In this document: positions 29,224 through 37,815 of the stretch, piece after piece
How positions within the stretch are numbered: the stretch's first letter is position 1
How the letters are laid out: each line of letters starts with the position of its first letter
DNA from: an uncultured bacterium
Lineage (GTDB): Bacteria > Patescibacteriota > Minisyncoccia > Phycocordibacterales > GWA1-40-21
NCBI GenBank assembly: GCA_963716205.1
Contig: OY970290.1
Location: 452,911-516,910, forward strand
DNA length: 64,000 bases
Direction of reading: 5' to 3'
Notes under the pieces: generated by a model
Databases searched by the model: none
Seen by the model: only the letters and a program-made list of their open reading frames with translations
What the model was told of the DNA's origin: nothing
Made by a program: the position numbers and the translations under genes

Positions 29224-29439
29224 CTAATTTCTTGATACTAGGTCCACTACAGATACCCCCAACACCTCCGCAATCCTTATCAGTGTCCCAATCGTTGGAT
29301 TGATCGGTCTATCTCTCCTCTCCAACTTCACAATCGTGTTATAGGAGATGCCTGATAATCGAGAAAGGTCTTCTTGGAACAGTCCTTTCTCCTTCCTATA
29401 CCTCCGTATTGCCTCACCAATGTAATTTTGATTGTCCAT
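29224..29439 (-). CDS. XRE-family HTH transcriptional regulator (Cro/cI-like)
   Basis: 71 aa. HTH_3 region IRRYRKEKGLFQEDLSRLSGISYNTIVKLERRDRPINPTIGTLIRIAEVLGVSV. Confidence 0.85.
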   Translation of the reverse strand: MDNQNYIGEAIRRYRKEKGLFQEDLSRLSGISYNTIVKLERRDRPINPTIGTLIRIAEVLGVSVVDLVSRN

Positions 29440-29541
29440 GGGATGAATTGTAGTTAGTTGATTAAAATATGGTAAGACGGTGAAACGTAACCAAATGGAT
29501 ACGTTTTGTGGATAACTTTATTAGCTTTAAGAACAAATACT

Positions 29542-29781
29542 ATGATTAGCCTTGAAAAACTGAGAGAAATTGAGCCGGCATTAAAAGATATGCCTGATAA
29601 AGAGTTGGACCATATCCGGGATCTCCTCTATGCCCACGCCAAGTTGGCCCTCGAATGCTTTTTTGAAGACAAAACTGGTGCCAAACGCGAAGTACATATT
29701 CCTGATTTTAGTTTTGATTCGAGAGAACGAGCTGCACTGAAGCGCTGTGAGGAGATTATGGCCCTGAAAAAGAAAGGCTAG
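29542..29781 (+). CDS. hypothetical small protein divergent from the XRE regulator
   Basis: ORF MISLEKLREIEPALKDMPDKELDHIRDLLY... The divergent arrangement with an HTH repressor resembles a phage-type genetic switch. Confidence 0.4.
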   Translation: MISLEKLREIEPALKDMPDKELDHIRDLLYAHAKLALECFFEDKTGAKREVHIPDFSFDSRERAALKRCEEIMALKKKG

Positions 29782-29987
29782 ATCCCTTAGCTATTTTTTC
29801 TTCCCGCATGAAATTGTTGAAATCGCGGAGATGTAATATAATAGCGTTCCAATCTCTAATAACGAGCGTCACCAAACGGGATTTCGTATGCAAAAATTGC
29901 CGGTATACCTTGTAGCTGAGCCGTATTAAAGGGGTTTCAAATCTCATTTTTTCAAAAATAAATTATTTAATTCTCTTAGTGATTAAA

Positions 29988-30013
29988 GGGTACCCTACGG
30001 GGATTTGGAACCC
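29988..30013 (-). pseudogene. tRNA 3'-end-like fragment (resembles tRNA-Glu T-arm and acceptor, inverted)
   Basis: On the minus strand, GGGTTCCAAATCCCCGTAGGGTACC compares with the tRNA-Glu 3' end GGGGTTCGATTCCCCGTAGGGTCA. It is flanked by the short inverted repeat TCTTAGT...ACTAAGA. Confidence 0.4.
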
Positions 30014-30070
30014 TTGGAGAGCACACACTATCTGGAACTCCGTCTCTGTGGAACTAAGAAAGCGGAAAAA

Positions 30071-30655
30071 CTATATCTTTTCGATTGGTACAAATCTCCA
30101 CTCTGCATTTTGATACGCTTCTGATTCAAGAAGTTTACTCAATTCATAGACACGGAACTTAAAATCTTTGTTGTTTTTGGCAGGATTCTCTACAAATCCA
30201 GCTTTATCAAAACAGATGAATTCATCATCTTTTGTTCTGCCGACGATAAAGGAATGCCCGAGTTCCGTATTAAATATTTGTCCTATATAGACTTTCCCAT
30301 ATTTGCAAGATAGTTTTGCCAATTCATATAATTCCGTTTTATTTTTCGTTGGAGAAAATTCTTTTGTTGATATTTGAGACACTTTTTCTTGAAAATTAAA
30401 ATTTGAAGTATTGTTTAATTTAGGATCAGATATAAATTCGTCATGAGAAATTAGATTTGCAAGATAAAGGACTGTCTTATGGCAATTTATTTTACGCAAA
30501 ATTTCTGCTATTTCTTCATTTGCTCGATTATCTTCCCATTCAAGCATTCCATGGATAAGCAGAGCAAGTTTTTCTGGAAGAATGATACTCTTTCCGTTTG
30601 AAATTAGATTCCAATTTCCATTCTCATCTTTTCTTATATGTTGGACAAGATTCAT
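30071..30655 (-). CDS. hypothetical protein
   Basis: 194-aa AT-rich ORF. It has a Cys...His pair (LSCKYGKVY...ELGHSFIVG) but no confident family assignment. Confidence 0.4.
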   Translation of the reverse strand: MNLVQHIRKDENGNWNLISNGKSIILPEKLALLIHGMLEWEDNRANEEIAEILRKINCHKTVLYLANLISHDEFISDPKLNNTSNFNFQEKVSQISTKEFSPTKNKTELYELAKLSCKYGKVYIGQIFNTELGHSFIVGRTKDDEFICFDKAGFVENPAKNNKDFKFRVYELSKLLESEAYQNAEWRFVPIEKI

Positions 30656-30915
30656 ATATTTTATTATATCAGAAGATTTTGATGTTTAATTCCTACTAGG
30701 GTTATCGTCTGCGATACTTTTCTACCCCTTGGCAGAAATATGTGGAGGATTAGAATTGAGATCGAGGCGAAATTCAGGCAATAAGTTCTAGATCGTCCTC
30801 TTGTTTCTCAAAATTATGTCGAAAGTTTTTGATATACAAAAAAATCTGGTTCCAATTTTCTAAAAAGAGGGTCACCAACGTTGTTGTCATGCGTAAAAAT
30901 TCGAGCGTCACAGAT

Positions 30916-31728
30916 TTATTTTATGAGCACTATTCTATTTTTGTTTTTCTTAATAAACCCGTCATTTTTCAAACTTTCCAAAACTTTTTCAACTCTTTTT
31001 GAATTCTCTTTTATCTCATTCAAAATTTCTTTTCTTGAAATTGAATTCTTTTTCAAAAGCAATCGCAAAATTTTTCCGCGTATCTGCCTATCCGAACCTT
31101 CAAATTTTGATTGCTTGGCATAATGCAAACTTCTCCTGTTTGGATTTATTACTTGAGATTTCAAGTATGTCCCATAATCCATCATTGCCGAATACCATAT
31201 CCGCGGATTTTTCCTGTCCAAATTTTTCTCGATGAGTTTCAAAATTTCTTTATCATGAATTTTCTTTTTTGTTTTATTAAAAAAGAAATGGATGAAAACC
31301 CGGCGGATATTCGTTTCAATAAAAATTACCGGTAGGTTAAAACTGTGCGTACAGATCGCTCCGGCGGTATTCGGACCGATACCAGGCAGATCGACAAGAA
31401 TGGATGGATCTCTCGGCAATTTGCCCTTAAACTCACCTGTCACTCGTTCTGCCGTACGTTTGAGATACAAGGCCCGGCGATTGTATCCGAGCCCGGACCA
31501 AACTTTTAACACTTTTACCGTGGAAACTTGCGCAAGACTTTTGAAATTAGGAAAAATTTTTACAAATTCGTTGTATTTTGCCATCACCCTCCCCACCTGC
31601 GTCTGCTGAAGCATGATTTCGGAAACGAGAATTTTATAGGAATCGTGCGTCTTACGCCACGGCAAGTCGTGTCTGCCGTGTTTTTTATAATAGTCGAGAA
31701 TTATTTTTTTAAATTCTGTTTTTTGCAC
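30916..31728 (-). CDS. HhH-GPD superfamily DNA glycosylase (EndoIII/MutY-like, lacking Fe-S cysteines)
   Basis: LPWRKTHDSYKILVSEIMLQQTQV and the helix-hairpin-helix LPGIGPNTAGAI. Glu replaces the catalytic Asp in IETNIRRV. There is no C-x6-C-x2-C-x5-C cluster. A basic C-terminal extension of about 80 aa follows. Confidence 0.65.
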   Translation of the reverse strand: MQKTEFKKIILDYYKKHGRHDLPWRKTHDSYKILVSEIMLQQTQVGRVMAKYNEFVKIFPNFKSLAQVSTVKVLKVWSGLGYNRRALYLKRTAERVTGEFKGKLPRDPSILVDLPGIGPNTAGAICTHSFNLPVIFIETNIRRVFIHFFFNKTKKKIHDKEILKLIEKNLDRKNPRIWYSAMMDYGTYLKSQVINPNRRSLHYAKQSKFEGSDRQIRGKILRLLLKKNSISRKEILNEIKENSKRVEKVLESLKNDGFIKKNKNRIVLIK

Positions 31729-31733
31729 AGAAT

Positions 31734-32177
31734 TTATTTCTCTAAACCGTAAATGTCTTTCAAAATCTCTCCGCCGTGGGTGGTCGGATCGACTTTCGGA
31801 TACACTTTGAGAATTTTACCGTCCTTGCCTATCAAATATGAAATTCTTTTGGTAAATATTCCTCCGAGCGCGCCGTATTTTTTTATTACTTCTTTTTTCG
31901 GATCGGAAAGTAAGATAAAAGGTAATTTATATTTTTCCTCGAATTTTTTATGGCTCTTCACAGTGTCATGACTCACCCCAAACACTTTCACACCAGCCCG
32001 TTCAAAATCTTTATATGCATCGCGGATGCCGCATGCTTCTGCCGTGCACCCCGGCGTATCATCCTTCGGATAAAAATAAATCAAAACGTAGCTTCCCGCA
32101 TGATATGAGAGCGAATGTTCTTTGCCATTCTGATCAAGAAGTTTGAAATCCGGTGCTTTTGTTCCAATTTCAAGCAT
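31734..32177 (-). CDS. bcp: peroxiredoxin Bcp/PrxQ (thiol peroxidase)
   Basis: APDFKLLDQNGK and the active site FYPKDDTPGCTAEACGIRD. Confidence 0.9.
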   Translation of the reverse strand: MLEIGTKAPDFKLLDQNGKEHSLSYHAGSYVLIYFYPKDDTPGCTAEACGIRDAYKDFERAGVKVFGVSHDTVKSHKKFEEKYKLPFILLSDPKKEVIKKYGALGGIFTKRISYLIGKDGKILKVYPKVDPTTHGGEILKDIYGLEK

Positions 32178-32308
32178 GGGTATATTTTATCATGGCAGAA
32201 AAAACATGCAAAAGTGCATAATGTTCATTGACAAAAGAGCCAGATTTTATAAGATGATTTCCTGCTTTTCTGTTCTTTCAAATTTTAGAAACCCTCGGAG
32301 GAAAATAC

Positions 32309-32635
32309 ATGGACGTCATCGGACGGATTGTAGTAACTGTCGGAGATACTTTGGAAGATCTGGCTCTTGATAAAAAAATGATTTTGATGGAGCTTGCCAA
32401 GGCTATCTCGACCAGCTATCCGAAAGCAACAGAGCTTGATGTCGTGATGAGCCAGAAAGATTACCGCTTGTTGAGCAACTGCGTAGAGCTTGATATTCCG
32501 ACCGCTCTGAAAGAGATCCTCGAAATGATAGTGCCGGCAACCACTTGGACTTTTGGCTGTCATATTGGAAGGAAACTGTGGAAACTTCATTTGGTGAAGC
32601 AGTTCAGTCAAAACATGGCACAAAAAGTATCCTAA
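32309..32635 (+). CDS. hypothetical protein
   Basis: 108-aa ORF with GGAGG Shine-Dalgarno 8 nt upstream. Preferred over the antisense ORF 32285..32638 because of the RBS. Confidence 0.4.
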   Translation: MDVIGRIVVTVGDTLEDLALDKKMILMELAKAISTSYPKATELDVVMSQKDYRLLSNCVELDIPTALKEILEMIVPATTWTFGCHIGRKLWKLHLVKQFSQNMAQKVS

Positions 32636-32705
32636 CAAACCGCAAAAAGGAAAGAAAAACCTTCTGCGGTTTTTCTTTTTGATAAAAATGATATAAAGTA
32701 AGCAT

Positions 32706-33881
32706 ATGAAAATATTGGGTATAGAAACATCGTGCGATGAGACGGCGGTATGTATTATTGAAACCGATGGTGATTTTTCTGACGTAAAAATAAAAATTCT
32801 GGGAAATCAGCTCTATTCTCAAGTGGCTTTGCACGCCAAATACGGCGGCGTGTTTCCCAATATGGCAAAGCGCGAGCATGCAAAAAATCTTGTTCCCCTT
32901 CTTGAAAAATGCCTTGCTGAAGCAGATTTATTGAAAGAAAAAAAACAGAAAATATCTGTGGAAAAAAATGAAAAAATAAAGGAAATTTTAAACAGAGAAG
33001 AAGGGTTGTTTGAAATGCTCGAAAAACTTACAGAAAAAATTGAACAACCAAATATAGACGCTATTGTCGTCACGAACGGTCCAGGGCTTGAGCCGGCGCT
33101 CTGGGTCGGCGTCTCGTTTGCGAAAGCCCTCGGCGAGCTGTGGAATATTCCGCTCTATCCGGTCAATCACATGGAAGGACATATTGTCGTCGCATCGGTG
33201 GATAAAATCGCGGAAAAAGAATTTGTGTTTAAAAAAATCAATTATCCGGCGATTGCGCTTTTAGTTTCCGGTGGACATACGCAGCTCGTACTTAATAAAG
33301 AATTATTGAAATATAAAATTATCGGCGATACCAAAGATGACGCCCTCGGCGAGGCATTCGACAAAGTTGCCCGTATCCTTGGACTTCCCTATCCTGGCGG
33401 ACCGGAAATCTCAAAGCTTGCAGAAAAAGAACGAAAAGAATTTCCAAATAAAGAAACGATCTATCCGCTGCCGCGGCCGATGATACATTCACATGATCTC
33501 AATTTTTCTTTTTCTGGCATCAAGACCGCGGTGCTTTATACCGTGAAAAAAATTCCGGAATTGACGAGCGAAATAAAACAGGAAATCGCCCGGGAATTTG
33601 AAGATGCAGTCATTGAAGTTATTATCCTCAAAACTCGCCAAGCCGTGCAAGAATACGGCGCACAAACTATCATTATCGGTGGTGGTGTCAGCGCCAATAA
33701 AAAAATCCGCGAAGATTTTATAAAACTTTCTGAAGAAACCGGAGTTGAACTCATGATACCGGAGGTTAGCGCTTCGACCGACAATGCCTTTATGATCGCC
33801 CTTGCCGGATATGTAAATATTGCTTCGGGCAAGAAATCTCAAATAAATTTTGTGGCAAAAGGTAATCTGTCTTTGAGTTAA
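32706..33881 (+). CDS. tsaD: tRNA N6-adenosine threonylcarbamoyltransferase TsaD (Kae1/Gcp family)
   Basis: MKILGIETSCDETAVCII. Metal-binding His pair in PVNHMEGHI, LLVSGGHTQ and GVSAN motifs. Carries an insertion of about 50 aa, Lys/Glu-rich. Confidence 0.9.
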   Translation: MKILGIETSCDETAVCIIETDGDFSDVKIKILGNQLYSQVALHAKYGGVFPNMAKREHAKNLVPLLEKCLAEADLLKEKKQKISVEKNEKIKEILNREEGLFEMLEKLTEKIEQPNIDAIVVTNGPGLEPALWVGVSFAKALGELWNIPLYPVNHMEGHIVVASVDKIAEKEFVFKKINYPAIALLVSGGHTQLVLNKELLKYKIIGDTKDDALGEAFDKVARILGLPYPGGPEISKLAEKERKEFPNKETIYPLPRPMIHSHDLNFSFSGIKTAVLYTVKKIPELTSEIKQEIAREFEDAVIEVIILKTRQAVQEYGAQTIIIGGGVSANKKIREDFIKLSEETGVELMIPEVSASTDNAFMIALAGYVNIASGKKSQINFVAKGNLSLS

Positions 33882-34031
33882 TATTGTCAACTTTGAGCTA
33901 TTGATTTTTTATTAAAAAGGATTAAAGTAATGGCTCGACCGCGTGTTTTATGGGCTCATAATCCTAAGGCACAGAGCGGTCATTATTGTGAGCAGTACCT
34001 TCAAAAAGGTTCGCCTTGCGAACCTTTTTGA

Positions 34032-34248
34032 TGCATTGCTTGCCGGCTGAAACCGACTCTGCGATGTCAAACTCCCGGCGACGAAACTCTACAATCTGTT
34101 GCCGTTGTAAATCACGAACCCGCAAACTGAAATCGGGCGCGGACTTTCCCTTGCGGAAACCGCCCCTCTATCAAACCCTCCCGCATCGCATATCGATGCC
34201 TCGCGGAGGGTTTTTCATTTCCCAAAATCCTTATTTTTGCTATGATAA
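34032..34248 (+). promoter_or_regulatory. structured 5' leader of valS with intrinsic terminator (candidate attenuator or riboswitch-like element)
   Basis: GC-rich non-coding stretch. Hairpin CCCTCCCGC-(14 nt)-GCGGAGGG followed by TTTTT at 34176..34215, immediately upstream of the valS start. Confidence 0.4.
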
Positions 34249-36435
34249 ATGACAATGAACGACAAATTTCTCAAACCCTACAATCCCCAGGAAACTGAAC
34301 CGAAAATTTATAAACTTTGGGAAACTTCTGGTTATTTCAATCCTGATAATCTTCCGGAAAATTACAAAGAAGTCTATACGATCATGATGCCCCCGCCAAA
34401 TGTAACCGGCGTACTTCACATGGGACACGCGCTGATGATTACCATCGAGGATGTGATGATCCGCTACCAGAGGATGCGCGGAAAAAAAACTCTTTGGCTT
34501 CCCGGCACAGATCACGCGGCTATCGCCACCCAATCCCGCGTGGAAAAAGACATCAAGAAAAATGAGGACAAATCGCGCTACGATCTCGGCCGCGAGGAGA
34601 TGCTCAAGCGCATTGATGCTTTTGCAAAACAAAGTCATGACACGATTATTTCCCAGCTGAAGATTTTTGGCGCTTCGTGCGACTGGTCGCGGGAAGCATT
34701 CACCCTTGATGAAAAGAGAAATCTCGCTGTTCGCACGATATTCAAAAAAATGTATGATGACGGCCTCATCTATCGCGGTAACCGCATCGTCAACTGGGAT
34801 CCAAAAGGTCAGACAACGATTTCCGATGATGAGATTGTTTATGAGGAACGCGATGCAAAATTTTATACTTTTAAATATTCAAAAGACTTTCCTATTTCGA
34901 TTTCCACCACGAGACCGGAAACAAAAGTTGGCGATACTGCCGTTGCCGTCCATCCGGATGACGCACGATATCGAAAATATATCGGAAAAGAATATGATGC
35001 GATTTTCTGTGGCGTGCCGATCCACATTAAAATCATTGCGGATAAATCCGTCGAGAAAGATTTCGGTACCGGCGCCTTAGGCGTCACGCCGGCTCACAGT
35101 AAAATTGACTGGGAAATGGGAGAGCGAAATAATTTACCTGTTGTGCAAGTCATCGACGAGAAAGCCCGCATGATGGTCGGTGATGAACGAATTATGGGCA
35201 AAAAAGTGCTGGAGGCCCGAGAAATGATTGTCGAGTGGCTCAAATCCGAAGGATTACTCGAAAAAGAAGAAAGCATCAAACAAAATATTTCCACGGCAGA
35301 AAGAACCGGCGGTATCATTGAGCCATTACCAAAACTCCAATGGTTCGTCGCGGTCAATAAACCATTTACACTTCCCCATTCGCAAATTCATGGAATACTT
35401 TCCGGCAAGCAAACAACTCTGAAAGAAATTATGAAAAATGCTGTTGAAAATGGTCAGATTGATATTCTTCCGGATTATTTTAACAAAACATATTTCCACT
35501 GGATTGATAAACTTAATGATTGGTGTATTTCTCGACAAATTTGGTATGGGCATCGTATTCCCGTTTGGTATAAAGATGAGGAAATTTACAGTGGCATAGA
35601 AGCGCCAAAAGACGACGGTTGGATTCAGGACGAGGATACGCTCGACACTTGGTTCTCCTCCGCACTCTGGACTTTTTCAACACTCGGATGGCCAGAAGAC
35701 ACTTCTGACCTGAAGCTCTATCATCCGACCAATGTGCTTGAAACGGGCTATGAAATCCTTTTTTTTTGGGTTGCACGGATGATTATGATGACCGGCTATG
35801 CGCTCGGAACGATTCCTTTCCGCACAGTATATCTGCACGGCACGGTGCGCGATGCAAAAGGCAGAAAAATGTCAAAATCTTTAAATAACGGTATTGACCC
35901 ACTTGATATTGCAGCGAAATTCGGCGCGGATGCCGGCAGAATAGCGCTTATTGTCGGCAATGCTCCCGGCACGGATTCAAAAATCTCCGAAGACAAAATC
36001 CGTGGCTACAAAAATTTCGCAAATAAAATCTGGAATATCACGAGGTTTATTTTGGAATCAACCACGGGCACTGAACATGATTTTAGTTTTAATAAATTTA
36101 CTTCCGCTGATGAAAAAATTTTAAAAGAGCGCAGTGAATTTCTTGCCGACATAACACGCGATATGGAAGAATTCAGGTTTTACATGGCATCTGAAAAAAT
36201 CTATCATTATGTCTGGCATACACTCGCTGATGTTATTTTGGAAGACAGTAAAAAAGTTTTTCAAACGGGCACGGAAAATGAAAAACTTTCACGAAAACAA
36301 TTTTTGCTGGGCACTTTGCGAGACTGCCTGAAAATTCTCCATCCTTTTATGCCATTTGTTACAGAAGAAATCTGGCAGACGACCGCACAAAGCAAAAATC
36401 TTCTGATGATCGAATCATGGCCTATTGCACAATAA
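34249..36435 (+). CDS. valS: valyl-tRNA synthetase (short form lacking C-terminal coiled coil)
   Basis: HIGH motif PPPNVTGVLHMGHAL, KMSKS motif GRKMSKSLNNG, and an editing domain region. Confidence 0.9.
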   Translation: MTMNDKFLKPYNPQETEPKIYKLWETSGYFNPDNLPENYKEVYTIMMPPPNVTGVLHMGHALMITIEDVMIRYQRMRGKKTLWLPGTDHAAIATQSRVEKDIKKNEDKSRYDLGREEMLKRIDAFAKQSHDTIISQLKIFGASCDWSREAFTLDEKRNLAVRTIFKKMYDDGLIYRGNRIVNWDPKGQTTISDDEIVYEERDAKFYTFKYSKDFPISISTTRPETKVGDTAVAVHPDDARYRKYIGKEYDAIFCGVPIHIKIIADKSVEKDFGTGALGVTPAHSKIDWEMGERNNLPVVQVIDEKARMMVGDERIMGKKVLEAREMIVEWLKSEGLLEKEESIKQNISTAERTGGIIEPLPKLQWFVAVNKPFTLPHSQIHGILSGKQTTLKEIMKNAVENGQIDILPDYFNKTYFHWIDKLNDWCISRQIWYGHRIPVWYKDEEIYSGIEAPKDDGWIQDEDTLDTWFSSALWTFSTLGWPEDTSDLKLYHPTNVLETGYEILFFWVARMIMMTGYALGTIPFRTVYLHGTVRDAKGRKMSKSLNNGIDPLDIAAKFGADAGRIALIVGNAPGTDSKISEDKIRGYKNFANKIWNITRFILESTTGTEHDFSFNKFTSADEKILKERSEFLADITRDMEEFRFYMASEKIYHYVWHTLADVILEDSKKVFQTGTENEKLSRKQFLLGTLRDCLKILHPFMPFVTEEIWQTTAQSKNLLMIESWPIAQ

Positions 36436-37216
36436 CATGCTGCATGATCTTATATCAATCACCATAGCGTTCTTCGGCGGATTCCTACCATCTATCGTCT
36501 GGCTTATTTTTTGGAATGAAGAAAAAAAGAAAGCGGAGCCGACCCAGACTCTCATGCTTGCGTTTATCGGCGGCATGGCTGCGGTTTTCCTTTCTCTTCT
36601 TTTTGAAAAAATTGCTTATAATGCTGATCCGAACGCAATTTTTTCCGGACAAATGCTGCAATCAATCCTCTCGTGGTTTAAAAGTATTGCCAGCCAAAAA
36701 AATGTCGCGCTCAATCAGCTTCTCTTGGTCACGCTTTTTGCTCCCGTCATTGAAGAGACCTTGAAATTTATTTTTGCTTATATTCTGGTGCTTCGAACGC
36801 GGGATGACGAGGAACCGATTGATCCGATTATTTTCATGATTACCACGGCACTCGGCTTCGCGGCAATAGAAAATATGCTTTTTCTGATCAGTCCGATCAC
36901 AAGCAATAATCTGCATCTTTCCATCTACACTGGCGATATGCGCTTCATCGGGGCGATGCTTTTGCACACGATTTCTTCGGCAACCATCGGACTTTTCATC
37001 GGCTTCAATTTCTTTGACAAAAAAACAGAGAAATATTTCTGGACTGTTATTGGCCTTGTCGCCGCCATCCTGATACATTCTGTGTTCAATTTCTTTATGC
37101 TCGAAAGCGGCACGAATTACCTGATTGTACTGGAAATAATCTGGGTTATTGTTATAATGATACTGTTCATCCTTGAGAAAATAAAAAGGATACGATTGGA
37201 AAAAATAGAAAAATAA
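36425..37216 (+). CDS. PrsW-family intramembrane metalloprotease
   Basis: Multi-TM with the conserved EETLK (APVIEETLKF) and FAAIEN motifs. Confidence 0.7.
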   Translation: MHNNMLHDLISITIAFFGGFLPSIVWLIFWNEEKKKAEPTQTLMLAFIGGMAAVFLSLLFEKIAYNADPNAIFSGQMLQSILSWFKSIASQKNVALNQLLLVTLFAPVIEETLKFIFAYILVLRTRDDEEPIDPIIFMITTALGFAAIENMLFLISPITSNNLHLSIYTGDMRFIGAMLLHTISSATIGLFIGFNFFDKKTEKYFWTVIGLVAAILIHSVFNFFMLESGTNYLIVLEIIWVIVIMILFILEKIKRIRLEKIEK

Positions 37217-37248
37217 ATCGCTCTTATTAATTAATCATTATAAACGCA

Positions 37249-37695
37249 ATGGCAAAAAAATCTTTTTTTGAAAAATTGACCGGCATGGTCCGGGCAAATG
37301 ACGATCAGGAGGAAAATGTGGACGTTGATACGCTGGATCAATCACTTGAGGAGTCTGATTCCGAGGAGGGTCAGCTCGCCATCGACATGTATCAGACACC
37401 GAATGAAATAATCGTGAAAACGATGGTGGCAGGAGTCAAGCCGGAAGATTTGGATATTTCCATCACGCGCGATATGGTCACTATCAAAGGTCATCGTGAA
37501 GATTCACGGGATTTTGCCGGAGATGATTTTTTCCACAAGGAACTCTACTGGGGTGCATTTTCACGAACGATTGTCCTCCCCGCCGAGATAGAAGTCGAAG
37601 AAGCCGAAGCGACAAACAAAAATGGTCTTTTGATATTGCGTCTGCCAAAAATCGATAAGCACAAGCAGGCAAAAGTGAAAGTAAAGATGGGATAA
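37249..37695 (+). CDS. Hsp20/alpha-crystallin family small heat shock protein
   Basis: Alpha-crystallin domain: AIDMYQT..., ISITRDMVTIKGHRE and a C-terminal GLLILRLPK (IXI-like). Confidence 0.85.
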   Translation: MAKKSFFEKLTGMVRANDDQEENVDVDTLDQSLEESDSEEGQLAIDMYQTPNEIIVKTMVAGVKPEDLDISITRDMVTIKGHREDSRDFAGDDFFHKELYWGAFSRTIVLPAEIEVEEAEATNKNGLLILRLPKIDKHKQAKVKVKMG

Positions 37696-37701
37696 AATTA
37701 A

Positions 37702-37724
37702 AAACCGCCACAAGGCGGTTTTTC
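37702..37724 (+). terminator. intrinsic terminator
   Basis: AAACCGCC-ACAA-GGCGGTTTTT immediately after the hsp20 stop. Confidence 0.75.
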
Positions 37725-37815
37725 TATTCTTGACATAAAAATTATCGGGTGTAATCTGAAATCAGATTAGGAATTGTCTTGAATCAAAAATTTTTGCAGA
37801 AAGAGGAGGTGTATC

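Noticed and set aside
32285-32638. 117-aa minus-strand ORF
   Set aside because: It overlaps the plus-strand ORF 32309..32635, which has a GGAGG Shine-Dalgarno. The minus-strand ORF has no RBS. Neither has motifs, so only the plus-strand one is kept, at low confidence.
34032-34248. Canonical T-box riboswitch upstream of valS
   Set aside because: A leader terminator is present, but I could not find the conserved T-box sequence (AGGGTGGNACCGCG) or an AGAGA/GA-motif Stem I by eye. Kept only as a generic candidate leader.
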